A DNA stretch of 50,810 nucleotides from positions 1-50,810 of the forward strand of contig JAGLLA010000012.1 in the NCBI GenBank assembly GCA_023140775.1, read 5' to 3'. Position 1 is the first letter of the stretch, and each line of letters opens with the position of its first letter. Made by a program: the position numbers and the translations under genes. The DNA is from Candidatus Parcubacteria bacterium. GTDB lineage: Bacteria; Patescibacteriota; Minisyncoccia; JAHIHE01; JAGLIN01. Below the pieces are notes generated by a model, which had not been told where the DNA came from, did not search any database, and worked only from the letters and a program-made list of their open reading frames with translations. Below are positions 36,207-47,141 of this stretch, one piece after another.

Positions 36207-36508
36207 TACCTTATATTTAATATTCTGTATGATTATTTTAGCAGAATTAACCGAATTATGGAAATAATAATAATTGGAGATAATAATTTCCCTTGACACA
36301 TTATCTGCAATATATTAAAGTATAAATAGATAAATTATATTTTTATGAATCCACTAATAGCTAAAAAATACTTTAAATTTTCTTCCATCCTTGATAGGTT
36401 GCTGTTTTAGTGTTTTTAAATAAAAGTGAGAAAGCAATAACCCGTCAAAGGGTTGTTTTTTATTATGCTAAAATCAAAATATTCAAACAAAAAGGGAGAC
36501 TAAGAGAG

Positions 36509-36826
36509 ATGAATCTATACGACAAAGCAATTGGTAGGGAAGAATTATTCAGTAAAGACCTAGAAGATCTCATGCAGCACTGGGGTCTAAAAGCAATAAC
36601 AACAGCTATCTATATCCAGTATGCAATAGCTCGATATAATTATTTAAGAAAAAGAATAGGAGCTGAGAAAAAAATAACGCTACTAGGGGAAATTATTGAA
36701 GAAATTCTTGAATATCCCCTTGATAGAAAAGAACGAAAAAACTTTAACGGATACCTAAAGCAAATTAGAAAAATAAAAATAATTTGCAATGCAACAACAT
36801 CGATTGTTGCTTCTTTTTTTGCGTAA
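36509..36826 (+). CDS. Hypothetical small protein
   Basis: ATG at 36509 preceded by aaagggag. The track ORF starts at an upstream GTG (36410) that spans a hairpin plus T-tract. Confidence 0.35.
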   Translation: MNLYDKAIGREELFSKDLEDLMQHWGLKAITTAIYIQYAIARYNYLRKRIGAEKKITLLGEIIEEILEYPLDRKERKNFNGYLKQIRKIKIICNATTSIVASFFA

Positions 36827-36886
36827 ATAAAAAAAGTGACTATGTATCACTAATTTTCAAAATTATTATAGACTAAATTAAAAATA

Positions 36887-37213
36887 TTAATGTAATAAAA
36901 ATGTTTCGATTACATAAAAAACAAAAAGGACTAACACACCAAATATTGAAACCAAGTTTAAAATCCACAAACTCTCGATTAAATTTTTCTTAGAGCTTTT
37001 CCTTTGGGAATAAATCGTCATAAGACTTTGTGTCAAAAGAAAGATCAGCGAAGCTAAAATTCCTTTTCCAATCCAATGATGATAGAAGTTATCCTTTAGC
37101 CAATCCTTCAAAGGAGGAACCAAATCAGCAACAATTGTAATCAAGACGATAAAAACAACCGAAGCAATTGCCCCTACTATGAATGAATTTAGGATTTTTG
37201 ATTTTTCGATCAT
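36887..37213 (-). CDS. Small membrane protein
   Basis: Three hydrophobic helices. Last of three tightly packed membrane-protein genes. Confidence 0.45.
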   Translation of the reverse strand: MIEKSKILNSFIVGAIASVVFIVLITIVADLVPPLKDWLKDNFYHHWIGKGILASLIFLLTQSLMTIYSQRKSSKKNLIESLWILNLVSIFGVLVLFVFYVIETFLLH

Positions 37214-37218
37214 ATATT

Positions 37219-37674
37219 TTATCTAACTGCTCCTGAGATGATTACGCCTGACAATGTGATTATAATTCCCAAGACCACAATAATTCCTGTGAGAAAGATT
37301 AATGGTTTTTTTAATTCTTCATCCGCAATAATTTCCTTCCCTTGATAGTGCAAAGAAAGAAAGACGATCAAAGACAAAAAAGGTAGGAAAAGGAAAATGT
37401 GCTCTTTAGCTTCCATGAACACTTTATGAGCCCAAAAATAATCGCCCTGTATAATGACTGGTTTCACATTTTTTCCATAATATTCCACATAATAATATCC
37501 GGCACTTACCCAAGAAATGAGAAATAAAACAAATCCAGAGAAACTATATCGTTTCAAAAATTTTAACTTACACTCTTTTTTCAAAAGATGCATCAAGACA
37601 ATATAAAATATTATAATAGCTACAACTCCAGAAACGATATGCCAAAGAAGTAAATTTTGAAATAAACTGCTCAT
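37219..37674 (-). CDS. Small membrane protein
   Basis: Four hydrophobic helices. Overlaps the upstream gene by 4 nt. Confidence 0.45.
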   Translation of the reverse strand: MSSLFQNLLLWHIVSGVVAIIIFYIVLMHLLKKECKLKFLKRYSFSGFVLFLISWVSAGYYYVEYYGKNVKPVIIQGDYFWAHKVFMEAKEHIFLFLPFLSLIVFLSLHYQGKEIIADEELKKPLIFLTGIIVVLGIIITLSGVIISGAVR

Positions 37675-38168
37675 ATTTTGATATTTAATATTCTTTTTAT
37701 ATAATCAAGCACAAAAGCAACAAAAACAATCATCGCTATATAAATTATCATCGCTTGGAAATAAGACATTTCGACATTTCGAAAGATTCCCAAAAACATT
37801 GCAATATACCAAGAGACAAGAGAAATGGGACTTCCCAGCCAAGTGGGAATTTTTCTTGCTTGTAAAAGAATAGCATTGAAAGCAATGACGATCACAATCG
37901 TTAACTTTGCCCAAAGTTGAGAATTATACAAAAGCTCCTCGCTTCCAATCAACCTATAATAGACAAGAAATCCAAATCCCGACAACACCAACAAAATCGT
38001 TCCCATTCGCAAAACAAAATATGTAGTTCTCAAAAAACTGCTTTCAGTCTCATCTATAACATTATCTCTGGCAGACTTAAAATAAAAGATCTCAGCAAAA
38101 GTAATTCCACCAACACCCAGAATTGCTCCAAAGATATGAGCTGTCACAAGAAAAAGATAGTAATCCAT
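37671..38168 (-). CDS. Small membrane protein
   Basis: Four to five hydrophobic helices. Confidence 0.45.
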   Translation of the reverse strand: MDYYLFLVTAHIFGAILGVGGITFAEIFYFKSARDNVIDETESSFLRTTYFVLRMGTILLVLSGFGFLVYYRLIGSEELLYNSQLWAKLTIVIVIAFNAILLQARKIPTWLGSPISLVSWYIAMFLGIFRNVEMSYFQAMIIYIAMIVFVAFVLDYIKRILNIKI

Positions 38169-38218
38169 TGTAATACAAAAGTTATTTTTTTAGTGACTTT
38201 ATTATACATTATTATAGT

Positions 38219-38968
38219 CTATTTCACAATTTCACCACCCAAAGAAATGCAATATTTTTTGATGTCTATGTTCTTTTGTGATTTTTTGATCGCTTCTGAG
38301 ACCATATGTTCAATTCCTGAGCAACATGGCACTTCCATATGCACGATTGTAATTAATCTTATATTTCGATTCTCAAAAATATAAGCAAGCTTTTCAATAT
38401 AATCTTTCCTGACATCATCTAGTTTCGGACATAAAATGGTCAAAATTTTTCCTTTCAAAAGTTTTTGATGGAAATTAGGATAGGCAAAAGGAGCGCAATC
38501 TGCAGATACAATCAAATCCGCATTTTCAAGATATGGCGCGTCAGGATTCATTAGTCTCAACTGCAATGGCCAATTGTGAAGTTCAGGTTGAATATCAACT
38601 AAAGATGATGCATTATCTTTGTCATGAAAGATATTTTTGGGCATTGTTCCTGGACAAGACTTTCCCATGGAACAGGCAGCTGGTTCTTTTTTGAAGCCAT
38701 GTACATTTTTTGCGGCTTTCTCTCCTCTCAAATCCTTAACTCTGCTATATGCTTTCTCCGAGTCATACCGATCTGCATCTTTTTCAACAATTTCAAGTGC
38801 TCCAACAGGGCAAACATCCAAACACGCCCCCATCCCGTCACACAAAAAATCATTAACAACCTTGGCTTTGCCGTCAATAATTTCCAGTGCCGCTTCTGCG
38901 CAGATTCCAACGCACTTTCCGCAACCGTTACACTTTTCTTCATCAATCTTTATTATTTTTCTTTTCAT
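38219..38968 (-). CDS. 4Fe-4S dicluster domain protein
   Basis: CNGCGKCVGIC and CDGMGACLDVCP ferredoxin motifs, plus a C-terminal Cys-containing domain (MEVPCCSG). Confidence 0.7.
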   Translation of the reverse strand: MKRKIIKIDEEKCNGCGKCVGICAEAALEIIDGKAKVVNDFLCDGMGACLDVCPVGALEIVEKDADRYDSEKAYSRVKDLRGEKAAKNVHGFKKEPAACSMGKSCPGTMPKNIFHDKDNASSLVDIQPELHNWPLQLRLMNPDAPYLENADLIVSADCAPFAYPNFHQKLLKGKILTILCPKLDDVRKDYIEKLAYIFENRNIRLITIVHMEVPCCSGIEHMVSEAIKKSQKNIDIKKYCISLGGEIVK

Positions 38969-38993
38969 TTTAATTTAAAGTTATTTTTATTAA

Positions 38994-39037
38994 TTATTTT
39001 ATTATGATTAGTTATTTTATTATGATTAGTTATTTTG
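38994..39037. repeat. 18-bp tandem duplication (2.4 units)
   Basis: ttattttattatgattag at 38994-39011 and 39012-39029, then ttattttg. Confidence 0.6.
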
Positions 39038-39043
39038 TTAAAT

Positions 39044-39078
39044 AGGAATCTTTGAAAAACACAGTTTTTGCCATTCCT
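39044..39078. repeat. Partial inverted copy of the right end of the 31.3-kb MITE-like element
   Basis: The reverse complement aggaatggcaaaaactgtgtttttcaaagattcct matches gggaatgacaaaaactgcgtttttcagaggttcct (31356-31390) at 30/35 positions. Confidence 0.55.
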
Positions 39079-39241
39079 ATAAAAGTTTAACGCTCAACTG
39101 ACAAAATCTTACTAAATTCTGTTAGCGAGTTAATAAACATCTACAATCTTAAAGAATGAAATATAGGATCGAACTAAAAAACAAATTCTAAAAATATGAT
39201 TTTTATAGTTTATCAGAGATTCCTTTATATCTTCCATTTTA

Positions 39242-39562
39242 CTAAAAAAGATACAAAAGAAACTTAAAATCACTCTTAGCCTTAATTGCATGCACTAAAT
39301 TTTCTTCCATAAAAAAATAATCATTCTCTTGAAAATTATGCCATTTTTCATCAAGCATAAACTCCCCCATTCCTTCCACAATATGAACAATCGCCTTTGA
39401 TGTGGTGGTGTGTTTAGAAAATTCTTGCCCCTTTGCAACAGCAAACAGTGTTATATTCAGTTCATCGCTTTTCAAGATAACCTTACTTATAATCGCTCCT
39501 TCTTGATATTTAATCTCATTTGAAATATTTTCAGGAACTTTTGAAATTACATTTGTATTCAT
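39242..39562 (-). CDS. Cupin-domain protein
   Basis: GQEFSKHTTTSKAIVHIVEGMGEF...LVHAIKA. The start is placed at Met 39562 because the longer track ORF overlaps the end of recQ. Confidence 0.55.
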   Translation of the reverse strand: MNTNVISKVPENISNEIKYQEGAIISKVILKSDELNITLFAVAKGQEFSKHTTTSKAIVHIVEGMGEFMLDEKWHNFQENDYFFMEENLVHAIKAKSDFKFLLYLF

Positions 39563-39572
39563 GTTTTTAAAA

Positions 39573-41741
39573 TTATTTATAAAACAACTTACCCAGTCTA
39601 ATCTCATCATAAGAATATTCTCCTTTGAGATATTCAAAAACTGGTTTGAGTTTTTCATCACCGCATTTTTCAAATGCTGTTTTTATTTTTTTTAATCTTT
39701 CCTGCGCTGGTTTGAGATAATCGATATCAATGTCTTCTCCATTTAAAATTAATTTTTCGATATGTACAACAATTGTTCCCTCTTGAAATCCTTGTATATC
39801 GGCAATTTTTGAAATTGACATTTTTTTGTCGAGCATCTCTTTCGTTTTGCGATATCTATCTGAAACTGTAAAATTATTATTTTCGACATTTATATTTTGA
39901 ATACGATTTGGAATTTCAACAGACTGAATATTATTTTCTTTAACATATCTATTTATAACAGCTAAGAATGCTTCTGAAAAACTTTCCAATTTTTTAACGC
40001 CCACACCTTCAATTTTGGAAAAAGAATTTTTATCAGCAGGAAAATATCGCGTCATCTCTTGCAAAGACACATCAGAGAAGATCATAAAAGGAGGCACATT
40101 GTTTTGATCAGCAATTTGTTTTCGTAAAGCTCGAAGTTTTTCAAACAAATCAAGGTCATACTTCGTCCTTCTCTTTGAAACTTTTTCTCCGCCTTCTGAT
40201 TCTTGATGCGCCTTCGGTAATTCCAACGACTCTTTTTCTTTCAAAAACTGAATTCCTTTTTGAGTAACTGAAACCGTGGGATACTTTCCGATACTTGTAT
40301 GCAGAAATTCATATGCAATCAATGATTTCATGATCTGATTGATCTCATCTTTGTCAAAATCAGAAACAATTCCGAAAACCGAAAGGCTATTATGTTGATT
40401 ATCAATGATTTGCTGTGAACTTTTTCCCAAAAGAACATCAGCAATATAGTTTCTGCCAAATCTGCTACCAGTACGAATGACGCAAGATATGATTTTTTTG
40501 GTAATTTCCGTGGCATCAAACATTGAATTTGGATTCAAGCAAATATCACAAGCTTCACAACCTTTTTGCTCCTCGTCTTTACCCACAAGTGGAAAAGAAT
40601 ATTCTTCACCAAAATATTTTAGCACATGTTTTCTGCGACAATTCACTGTCTCGCAATACTCGATGATCTGCCTCAGCTTTTCTCTGGATTTTTCCTGCTC
40701 CACGCTATCCTCAATTTGATCGATAAAAAACTCATGTTTTCTGACATCCCCATAAGAATAGAACAGGACACATTCGCTCGGTAATCCATCTCTTCCTGCT
40801 CTGCCAATCTCTTGATAATATCCTTCGATGGTTTTTGGAAATGTATAATGGACTACAAGACGAACATCTGGCTTGTCAATTCCCATTCCAAAAGCAATTG
40901 TGGCAACGATAATTGACGCTTCATCTTTGATAAACAGTTCTTGATTATTCTTACGCGTTTCGTTATTTAGTCCCGCATGATATGGCAAAGCATTGAAACC
41001 CTCTGCCCGTAAATTCATGGCAATCTTTTCCGTGTCTTTTCTGGAAAAACAGTAGATAATCACTGATTCATTTTTATGTTTTTGAAGAAGCCCTAGAAGC
41101 TTTTCATAGGCCTTTCTTTTTCTGGTAACGATCATAGACAGATTCTCTCTGTTAAAACTGGATATAAACAAACGAGGATCATTCAAAGCAAGCTGCCTGA
41201 CAATATCTTCTCTTACTTTCGCCGTCGCTGTGGCAGTCAAGGCAATGATTGGAACTTTGGGAAACTGGCTTTTGAAAAGTTTCAAATTGCGATAATCAGG
41301 ACGAAAGTCATGCCCCCATTGAGAGATGCAATGCGCTTCATCAATGGCGATTAATTTCACATCAACTTTTTTGAGAAAACTGACAAAATCAGGCGATGCC
41401 AGTCGTTCTGGAGCGATATAAAGAATTTTTGTTTTACCTGAAATTATTTTCTCTTGAATCTGCCCAATTTGAGCAGGCAGGAGAGAAGAATTGATAAATT
41501 CCGCCGAAACGCCATTTGTTTTCAAAGCGTCAACCTGATCTTTCATCAAAGCAATCAGCGGAGAAACAACCAAAGTCAGCCCCTCAAACTTCAAGGCTGG
41601 CAATTGATAACACATAGACTTTCCGCCTCCAGTCGGCATCAAAACAAAACAATCCTTTCCCGAAAGAACATGCTCAATAACCTCCTCCTGTAAAGGACGA
41701 AACTCATCATAACCAAAATATTTTTTCAAAAGCTCTTTCAT
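39573..41741 (-). CDS. recQ: ATP-dependent DNA helicase RecQ
   Basis: FGYDEFRPLQEEVI, MPTGGGKS, IAIDEAHCISQWGHDFRPDY, zinc module CRRK...C..CDIC, HRDC region (LRALRKQIADQNNVPPFMIFSD). Confidence 0.9.
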   Translation of the reverse strand: MKELLKKYFGYDEFRPLQEEVIEHVLSGKDCFVLMPTGGGKSMCYQLPALKFEGLTLVVSPLIALMKDQVDALKTNGVSAEFINSSLLPAQIGQIQEKIISGKTKILYIAPERLASPDFVSFLKKVDVKLIAIDEAHCISQWGHDFRPDYRNLKLFKSQFPKVPIIALTATATAKVREDIVRQLALNDPRLFISSFNRENLSMIVTRKRKAYEKLLGLLQKHKNESVIIYCFSRKDTEKIAMNLRAEGFNALPYHAGLNNETRKNNQELFIKDEASIIVATIAFGMGIDKPDVRLVVHYTFPKTIEGYYQEIGRAGRDGLPSECVLFYSYGDVRKHEFFIDQIEDSVEQEKSREKLRQIIEYCETVNCRRKHVLKYFGEEYSFPLVGKDEEQKGCEACDICLNPNSMFDATEITKKIISCVIRTGSRFGRNYIADVLLGKSSQQIIDNQHNSLSVFGIVSDFDKDEINQIMKSLIAYEFLHTSIGKYPTVSVTQKGIQFLKEKESLELPKAHQESEGGEKVSKRRTKYDLDLFEKLRALRKQIADQNNVPPFMIFSDVSLQEMTRYFPADKNSFSKIEGVGVKKLESFSEAFLAVINRYVKENNIQSVEIPNRIQNINVENNNFTVSDRYRKTKEMLDKKMSISKIADIQGFQEGTIVVHIEKLILNGEDIDIDYLKPAQERLKKIKTAFEKCGDEKLKPVFEYLKGEYSYDEIRLGKLFYK

Positions 41742-41960
41742 AAAATTGTATTTATTCTGTCATTCTTTTTATCGCTGAAAATATGTGTTTGCTATTGGAA
41801 AGATTAAATGCTGGATTTTTAGGATCAACATTAGATTTTTTACAATATAATTCAAATGATATTAAAACTATTCATCAAAAGCTGAATAGTTTCCTTATTA
41901 GTTTTGCGTGCTTTTTAAATAATCATAAAGTAAAAAACTATTAATAACCTTAGACTAATA

Positions 41961-43766
41961 TTATATTTTTCCTAATTTTTTTGCAAGTTTTTCTGTTTCA
42001 TCCAACAGACATTCCACCCGATCAATTCCTTTATTCCAAAAATCATTATCTTCTATGTTTATTCCTATCTTCATAAATATATTTTTAGGCGAATCAGAAG
42101 AGCCCGCAGATAAAATTTCTCTAATCTTTTCTATAAACATAGGTTTTTCTCTATAATAATTGTATAGTGCCTTGGCTATTAAAACACCCGAGGAATATTG
42201 GTAATTATAAAAGAAAATTCTAAAAGACCTAATATGTATCCACCAATTCTCTGCTCCTTCTGTTTGCAAAACCGCATCACCTAAAAAGCTAGCCATGTGT
42301 TTTTTCCACAACTGGCCAATTTCTTCTTTCGATAAATAGCCTTTTTGCCTGAAACTTTGATGCATTTCGCATTCAAATTTATTAAATGCCGACATCATGA
42401 AAATGCTCACTATCTCATCATTTAATTTTACCATCATTATTGGCAATCGTGATTCCTGATTTTCTTTATTTATCATTTCGTGAAAGACTAATTCTTCTGC
42501 AAATTTACTGGCAATCTCTGCGGTAAAACGCGATCCGCCAAAATTCAAAGAGTTTAAATTTTTTCTCATAAGTTCATCACTTATTCCATGCCCACACTCA
42601 TGAGCCAAAGCAAAAACGTCGCGTAATCTTCCTGCAAAATTAATGGATATATATGTCGGCTGGCTAATTAAATTCTTAAAACAAATTCCGCCGCTATTTT
42701 TGCCTTTTTTAGGAAAAACATCAATCTGCCCATTCTCAATAAATTTTCTAAAAATATCGGCGAATTCCTTGTCAGTTTTATTAAATGCATTAAAAATAAT
42801 ATTAACTGCTTCGAAATAGGAATATTTTTTATCAAGATTTCCGTATTCGACACTTCTCTCATAATATTTTAATTTCTTTACTCCGAGCATCTTAGCTTTT
42901 AACCGATAATATCTTCGAGAAATACCAAACCTTTCAATTGCTGTATTAACTAAAAAATCGGCAATATCGCTAGTAATATCATCATCCAAATGCATTGACG
43001 AATCCGGCCGAAAAAAACCTCTCAATTCATCGTTAATTTTTTTATCCGCCATTATAGAATTCATTTCCGCTTCAGCCACATCAGCATGCTTTTTAAAAAT
43101 ATCGTTTACAGCGAGAGTAGCAATGTCTCTCACTCGCTTTTTCCTACTGCTGGATAAATTTAAAATCTCGGAAAAACTTTTCTTCGCTTTTTTACCATCA
43201 AACCCTAACACAACCCTCTCCTCTCTTACCAAGAATCCTTCAGTCATATTTACCCAATTCGAATAAGCAGGCACCAATTTCAAATTCATAATTTTTTCTT
43301 CCGGCTCAGTCAATAAATACCGCGCTTCAGTAAATGTTTTTTCCAAAAAATGCTTATACTCTTTTAAACTGTCAGACTCCAAAAACTTCTTCTGCGATTC
43401 TTCATTAATTCGTCCAATATTTAAAAGAAAAAATTGAATATCGTTCGCAATTTCAATGCTGAGATTTTTAATTTTATTATACTTTTCTTTTAACTTGGGA
43501 TTATTATGATTTTGATAAGTTCTTAATTGAAAGTATATCTTTTCTCTCCCGCCAGCATAAAAATATCTCCGCCACACTTCATACTCATCCAGTGCTTCTT
43601 TCAATACTTCAGAATTTACCAGATAATCCTTACGCTCTCGCCATTTATCGATAAATTTATAACTTTCACGCTTAACACTTCTCTGCATTCTCGCCATCTC
43701 TGGATCATTGTCATTTTTAAAAAATGGCTTAAGATTCCAAACAGTTTGTTTTATTTTAATTGACAT
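41961..43766 (-). CDS. pepF: M3-family oligoendopeptidase F
   Basis: HECGHG zinc motif in a ~600-aa protein with the typical helical N-terminal half. Confidence 0.75.
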   Translation of the reverse strand: MSIKIKQTVWNLKPFFKNDNDPEMARMQRSVKRESYKFIDKWRERKDYLVNSEVLKEALDEYEVWRRYFYAGGREKIYFQLRTYQNHNNPKLKEKYNKIKNLSIEIANDIQFFLLNIGRINEESQKKFLESDSLKEYKHFLEKTFTEARYLLTEPEEKIMNLKLVPAYSNWVNMTEGFLVREERVVLGFDGKKAKKSFSEILNLSSSRKKRVRDIATLAVNDIFKKHADVAEAEMNSIMADKKINDELRGFFRPDSSMHLDDDITSDIADFLVNTAIERFGISRRYYRLKAKMLGVKKLKYYERSVEYGNLDKKYSYFEAVNIIFNAFNKTDKEFADIFRKFIENGQIDVFPKKGKNSGGICFKNLISQPTYISINFAGRLRDVFALAHECGHGISDELMRKNLNSLNFGGSRFTAEIASKFAEELVFHEMINKENQESRLPIMMVKLNDEIVSIFMMSAFNKFECEMHQSFRQKGYLSKEEIGQLWKKHMASFLGDAVLQTEGAENWWIHIRSFRIFFYNYQYSSGVLIAKALYNYYREKPMFIEKIREILSAGSSDSPKNIFMKIGINIEDNDFWNKGIDRVECLLDETEKLAKKLGKI

Positions 43767-43865
43767 ATATGTATTTAAATTATTTCGGACAAATATATAT
43801 CTTTTCTTAATTAACTGATATTTATGTTTTTTAAAACCAATTTTATAAAAACAACATGATTATAA

Positions 43866-44720
43866 TTACACTTCCTTTTCAAAAGAATATTTTACATTTG
43901 CCGAAAGTTTATCTTTTTCCTTGACCATAACTGGACCAGCAACAATTTTTTCACCATCATTATCGTGCATTATAGGTTCAATGCAAATAAAATTTTTGTC
44001 ACGCTCTGTCCAAATCCAAACTTTTTCATATTCTTTTGACATATCCATTTTTATTGTTCCAACTCCAGGAATATCAATCTTCATCTCTTCTCCTGGATTA
44101 TCAATCCTCTCTAGGAAAGCACTATAATTTTCATCTTGTTTGTCTAAAGTTAACCATTTTTTAATTTTTCCTTCAATGTCTTTTCCACCATCAAAATCAA
44201 ATTTAATATTTTCTTTATCTCCTTCTGGTACATTAAAATATGGGTGTAATCCCATAGATACAGGCATCTCATTATCTCCTTTATTCTCAACTTCTTGAGT
44301 TAATGTTACACCCCCAGATTCATCAATCTCTGACCTCATTTTTAGTTCAAAGTCATGTGGATATATTTCTTTTGTTTCATTATTCGATTTTAAAACTTCA
44401 ACAAACTCACCGTTTTCATTTTTTTTAATTTCCCATGGCAAGTCTCTTGCAAAACCATGCTGCTTTAATTTCGAAAATGGTCCTTCTTTTGTTTTTGGTC
44501 CTGCCATCGGAAAAAGAGTAGGAACCCCCCCTCTATCACTCTTGTCGGGGTCATTAAGCCTTTCATAGTCCATATATAAAGTTTCAACATCACCAAATTT
44601 CATAGATATTAGAAGTCCACCTCTTTCTGGATCAAATGATAATTCTCTATCATGGTATTCTATTCTACTTTCTAAAACAGATTTATTCTCAAAACCCTCC
44701 GTTCCAATTACACCTTCCAT
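43866..44720 (-). CDS. Aldose 1-epimerase (mutarotase) family protein
   Basis: GGVPTLFPMAG, KQHGFARDLPWE, GLHPYFNV. Confidence 0.55.
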   Translation of the reverse strand: MEGVIGTEGFENKSVLESRIEYHDRELSFDPERGGLLISMKFGDVETLYMDYERLNDPDKSDRGGVPTLFPMAGPKTKEGPFSKLKQHGFARDLPWEIKKNENGEFVEVLKSNNETKEIYPHDFELKMRSEIDESGGVTLTQEVENKGDNEMPVSMGLHPYFNVPEGDKENIKFDFDGGKDIEGKIKKWLTLDKQDENYSAFLERIDNPGEEMKIDIPGVGTIKMDMSKEYEKVWIWTERDKNFICIEPIMHDNDGEKIVAGPVMVKEKDKLSANVKYSFEKEV

Positions 44721-44752
44721 ATTTTTATCTTATTTAATAAAAAAAATATTTC

Positions 44753-45328
44753 CTAATAGTTCTCTTCCTTCATTGCAAAATATGACTGAGGGTGGAGGCA
44801 AGCAGGACATTTTTCTGGGGTTTTTGTTCCCTCATACAAATAACCACAATTCAAACATTTCCAAATCACATTTCCTTCTTTCTCGAAAACTTTACCTTCT
44901 TCCAAATTTTTATATAACTTTCGGTATCTTGCTTCATGCGCTTTTTCCACAGTGGCAATCATCTTATAGGCAGTCACAATCTCTGGAAAGCCCTCTTCTT
45001 CTGCCACTTTGGCAAACTCTGGATAAAGCTCTGTCCATTCTTCATTCTCACCATTTGCTGATGCTTCCAAATTTTCCAATGTTGTGCCAATTTTTCCTGA
45101 TGGATAGGTAGCGGTGATCTCCACTGCTCCACCCTCCAAAAATTTGAAAAACACCTTGGCATGTTCTTTTTCGTTCAAAGCAGTTTCTGCAAAAATCGCT
45201 GACATTTGTACCAGACCCTCTTTTTTGGCCTGGCTAGCAAAATAATCATACCTCATTCTTGCCTGAGATTCTCCGGCAAACGATTTTAGCAAATTTTGCT
45301 CTGTTTTAGTTCCTTTTAATGATTTCAT
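44753..45328 (-). CDS. rbr: Rubrerythrin
   Basis: Ferritin-like [20 protein letters not shown]...EKEHAK...E..H, and C-terminal rubredoxin-like WKCLNCGY...CPACLHP. Confidence 0.85.
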   Translation of the reverse strand: MKSLKGTKTEQNLLKSFAGESQARMRYDYFASQAKKEGLVQMSAIFAETALNEKEHAKVFFKFLEGGAVEITATYPSGKIGTTLENLEASANGENEEWTELYPEFAKVAEEEGFPEIVTAYKMIATVEKAHEARYRKLYKNLEEGKVFEKEGNVIWKCLNCGYLYEGTKTPEKCPACLHPQSYFAMKEENY

Positions 45329-45476
45329 ATATTTATCTTAGATTGATTAAACTATCTTGATTTTAGCAAACTTGAATTGATTTGCAAATATAAATAGAAC
45401 GATATACAATTGCATTTTCAAATTCAAATTCAAATATCCAATGCTTTATAGGGATACTCTACTATAAATTACGAAA

Positions 45477-45502
45477 GATTCTGAACTAAATTCAGAATGA
45501 CA
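45477..45502. repeat. Palindromic repeat, copy c
   Basis: gattctgaactaaattcagaatgaca, same family as 33901 and 34032. Confidence 0.65.
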
Positions 45503-45534
45503 AGTATATTATTTCAACATTCAAAATAACATTC

Positions 45535-46512
45535 TTAATCTTCTTTTTTGAATACTCTATCGCCCTTGATGACGATTTTGAAAGGCAAAGACATTTTGCC
45601 GATGAATTTGTCTTCGTGCTCATTTAACCATCCAATTGACGTATACTCATCCCCTTTTTCAGAAAGTAATCTGACATCATAAATTTTCTTTTCATATTCC
45701 AAAACAACTCCGTTTCCATTCACTGGACTGTATCCTCTAAAAAGGTTGTCCGAATAATAGCAATGTAATCCACCATGATCTCCCACTTTCTTTTCCCAGT
45801 CTGGCTCGTACAATCCCTGATCACCTGAAACACTGAAGAACAAATAATATTTACCCTTATGATACACCACTTGAGATGTTTCCATTTCGTCATATCTACC
45901 TGGGGCAAGTATCGGTTCAAGAACTTTCCACTTGAGTAAATTCTCAGAAGTTGCCAGAGCGATACAACTATTATATTTTCTCTTACTTCCCTTCTTTCTG
46001 GCTGAAATTGTCATGAAATATTTTCCAGACACTGGATCTTTGAAAACAAATGGATCTCTCCACGCTCCTTTTTTTCCCAAAGTGTTTAATTTATTATTCA
46101 TTTGATAATAACTCTTTTCAAATTCTATAATTGGATTTTCATGACATTTTTCCCAATTTATCAAATCATTTGAAACTGCCAGTCCAATCTTCTGAATTAA
46201 TCTGATATCTTTTTCTTTGCTTCTTCCTGTATAATACATATAATATTTTTTGCCCTTCTGGATTACGCTACCAGTCCATAAGGATAAATTATCCCATTGA
46301 CCGATTCCTCCTGGCTCAAGCGCAGGAAGAAGTTCAACCCAACTTTTCAAATCCTTGGAGATAGCATGTCCGATGGAAACATTTTCATTATGTCTGTCTT
46401 CTGGGTCTTTGGTTCTGACAGATTGAAGATAAAAAACATGCCAATTCCCTCTTGCTTTGATAAACCACAGATCCCACAAACATTTTCCAACGGGACAATA
46501 ATTATCATTCAT
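45535..46512 (-). CDS. Five-bladed beta-propeller glycoside hydrolase (GH32/GH68-clan-like)
   Basis: LWDLWFI, SLWTGSV, WRDPFVF (RDP motif), YDEMETSQV. Confidence 0.5.
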   Translation of the reverse strand: MNDNYCPVGKCLWDLWFIKARGNWHVFYLQSVRTKDPEDRHNENVSIGHAISKDLKSWVELLPALEPGGIGQWDNLSLWTGSVIQKGKKYYMYYTGRSKEKDIRLIQKIGLAVSNDLINWEKCHENPIIEFEKSYYQMNNKLNTLGKKGAWRDPFVFKDPVSGKYFMTISARKKGSKRKYNSCIALATSENLLKWKVLEPILAPGRYDEMETSQVVYHKGKYYLFFSVSGDQGLYEPDWEKKVGDHGGLHCYYSDNLFRGYSPVNGNGVVLEYEKKIYDVRLLSEKGDEYTSIGWLNEHEDKFIGKMSLPFKIVIKGDRVFKKED

Positions 46513-46547
46513 AACTTTTGTATTATTTTCTTTAAAATCTTATGGAA

Positions 46548-47132
46548 TTAAACGCACCAATTTGTTTGCTCTTCCTCAGTTGGCGTTTCTAGTCCGTTAT
46601 TACTATTAATATAGAAAAACTGATAGAGTGGTTCACAGTTAGGATTTCCTATTGTCTTAAACGCTTTCCATGTATCAATTTGATCTTTGGAAATTAAAAA
46701 AACTGAAAAATTACCGTCCCTAAATCTAGACAATGCTTTGTCATAAGCCTCTGAATAACTAACATTAAAGCTACACCTCTCTGCTCCAGATCTATATGTA
46801 CATAATGGTAAGTTTTGCTGTTCTGGAAATTCAACATCATCCTTATCAGTATTAAAACCAATGGTTACATAATATTTATATTTTTCTGAAAATGGCAAAA
46901 ACTTATATTTATAGTATATGATATGTGCATCACTAGGACCCAAAGGACCCATCTTCCTCGTGCCCCTGTATGAAGTTTTAAGTTTAAAGTTTTTATAGTA
47001 ATCAACGCCTACTTCCTTTTTTAAGAAATTTTCTACCTTTTCATTGCCAACTTCCCTGTTCAAAACAATAAAAACAACTAAAATGATTATCATTAACGCT
47101 AGTAAAATTTTTATGTTTTTTCTAATTTTCAT
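46548..47132 (-). CDS. Hypothetical membrane-anchored or secreted protein
   Basis: N-terminal anchor ILLALMIIILVVFIVL. No family recognised. Confidence 0.4.
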   Translation of the reverse strand: MKIRKNIKILLALMIIILVVFIVLNREVGNEKVENFLKKEVGVDYYKNFKLKTSYRGTRKMGPLGPSDAHIIYYKYKFLPFSEKYKYYVTIGFNTDKDDVEFPEQQNLPLCTYRSGAERCSFNVSYSEAYDKALSRFRDGNFSVFLISKDQIDTWKAFKTIGNPNCEPLYQFFYINSNNGLETPTEEEQTNWCV

Positions 47133-47141
47133 AATAATTTT

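Noticed and set aside
36439-36461. Plus-strand hairpin AACCC/GGGTT with a T-tract, read as a terminator
   Set aside because: No plus-strand gene lies upstream to terminate. It sits inside the GTG-started version of ORF 36410..36826, which I shortened to 36509. It may be an attenuator or noise, and the evidence is insufficient.
38994-39037. CRISPR-like repeat
   Set aside because: It is only 2.4 directly abutting 18-bp units with no spacers. I saw no cas genes or spaced repeats anywhere in the window.
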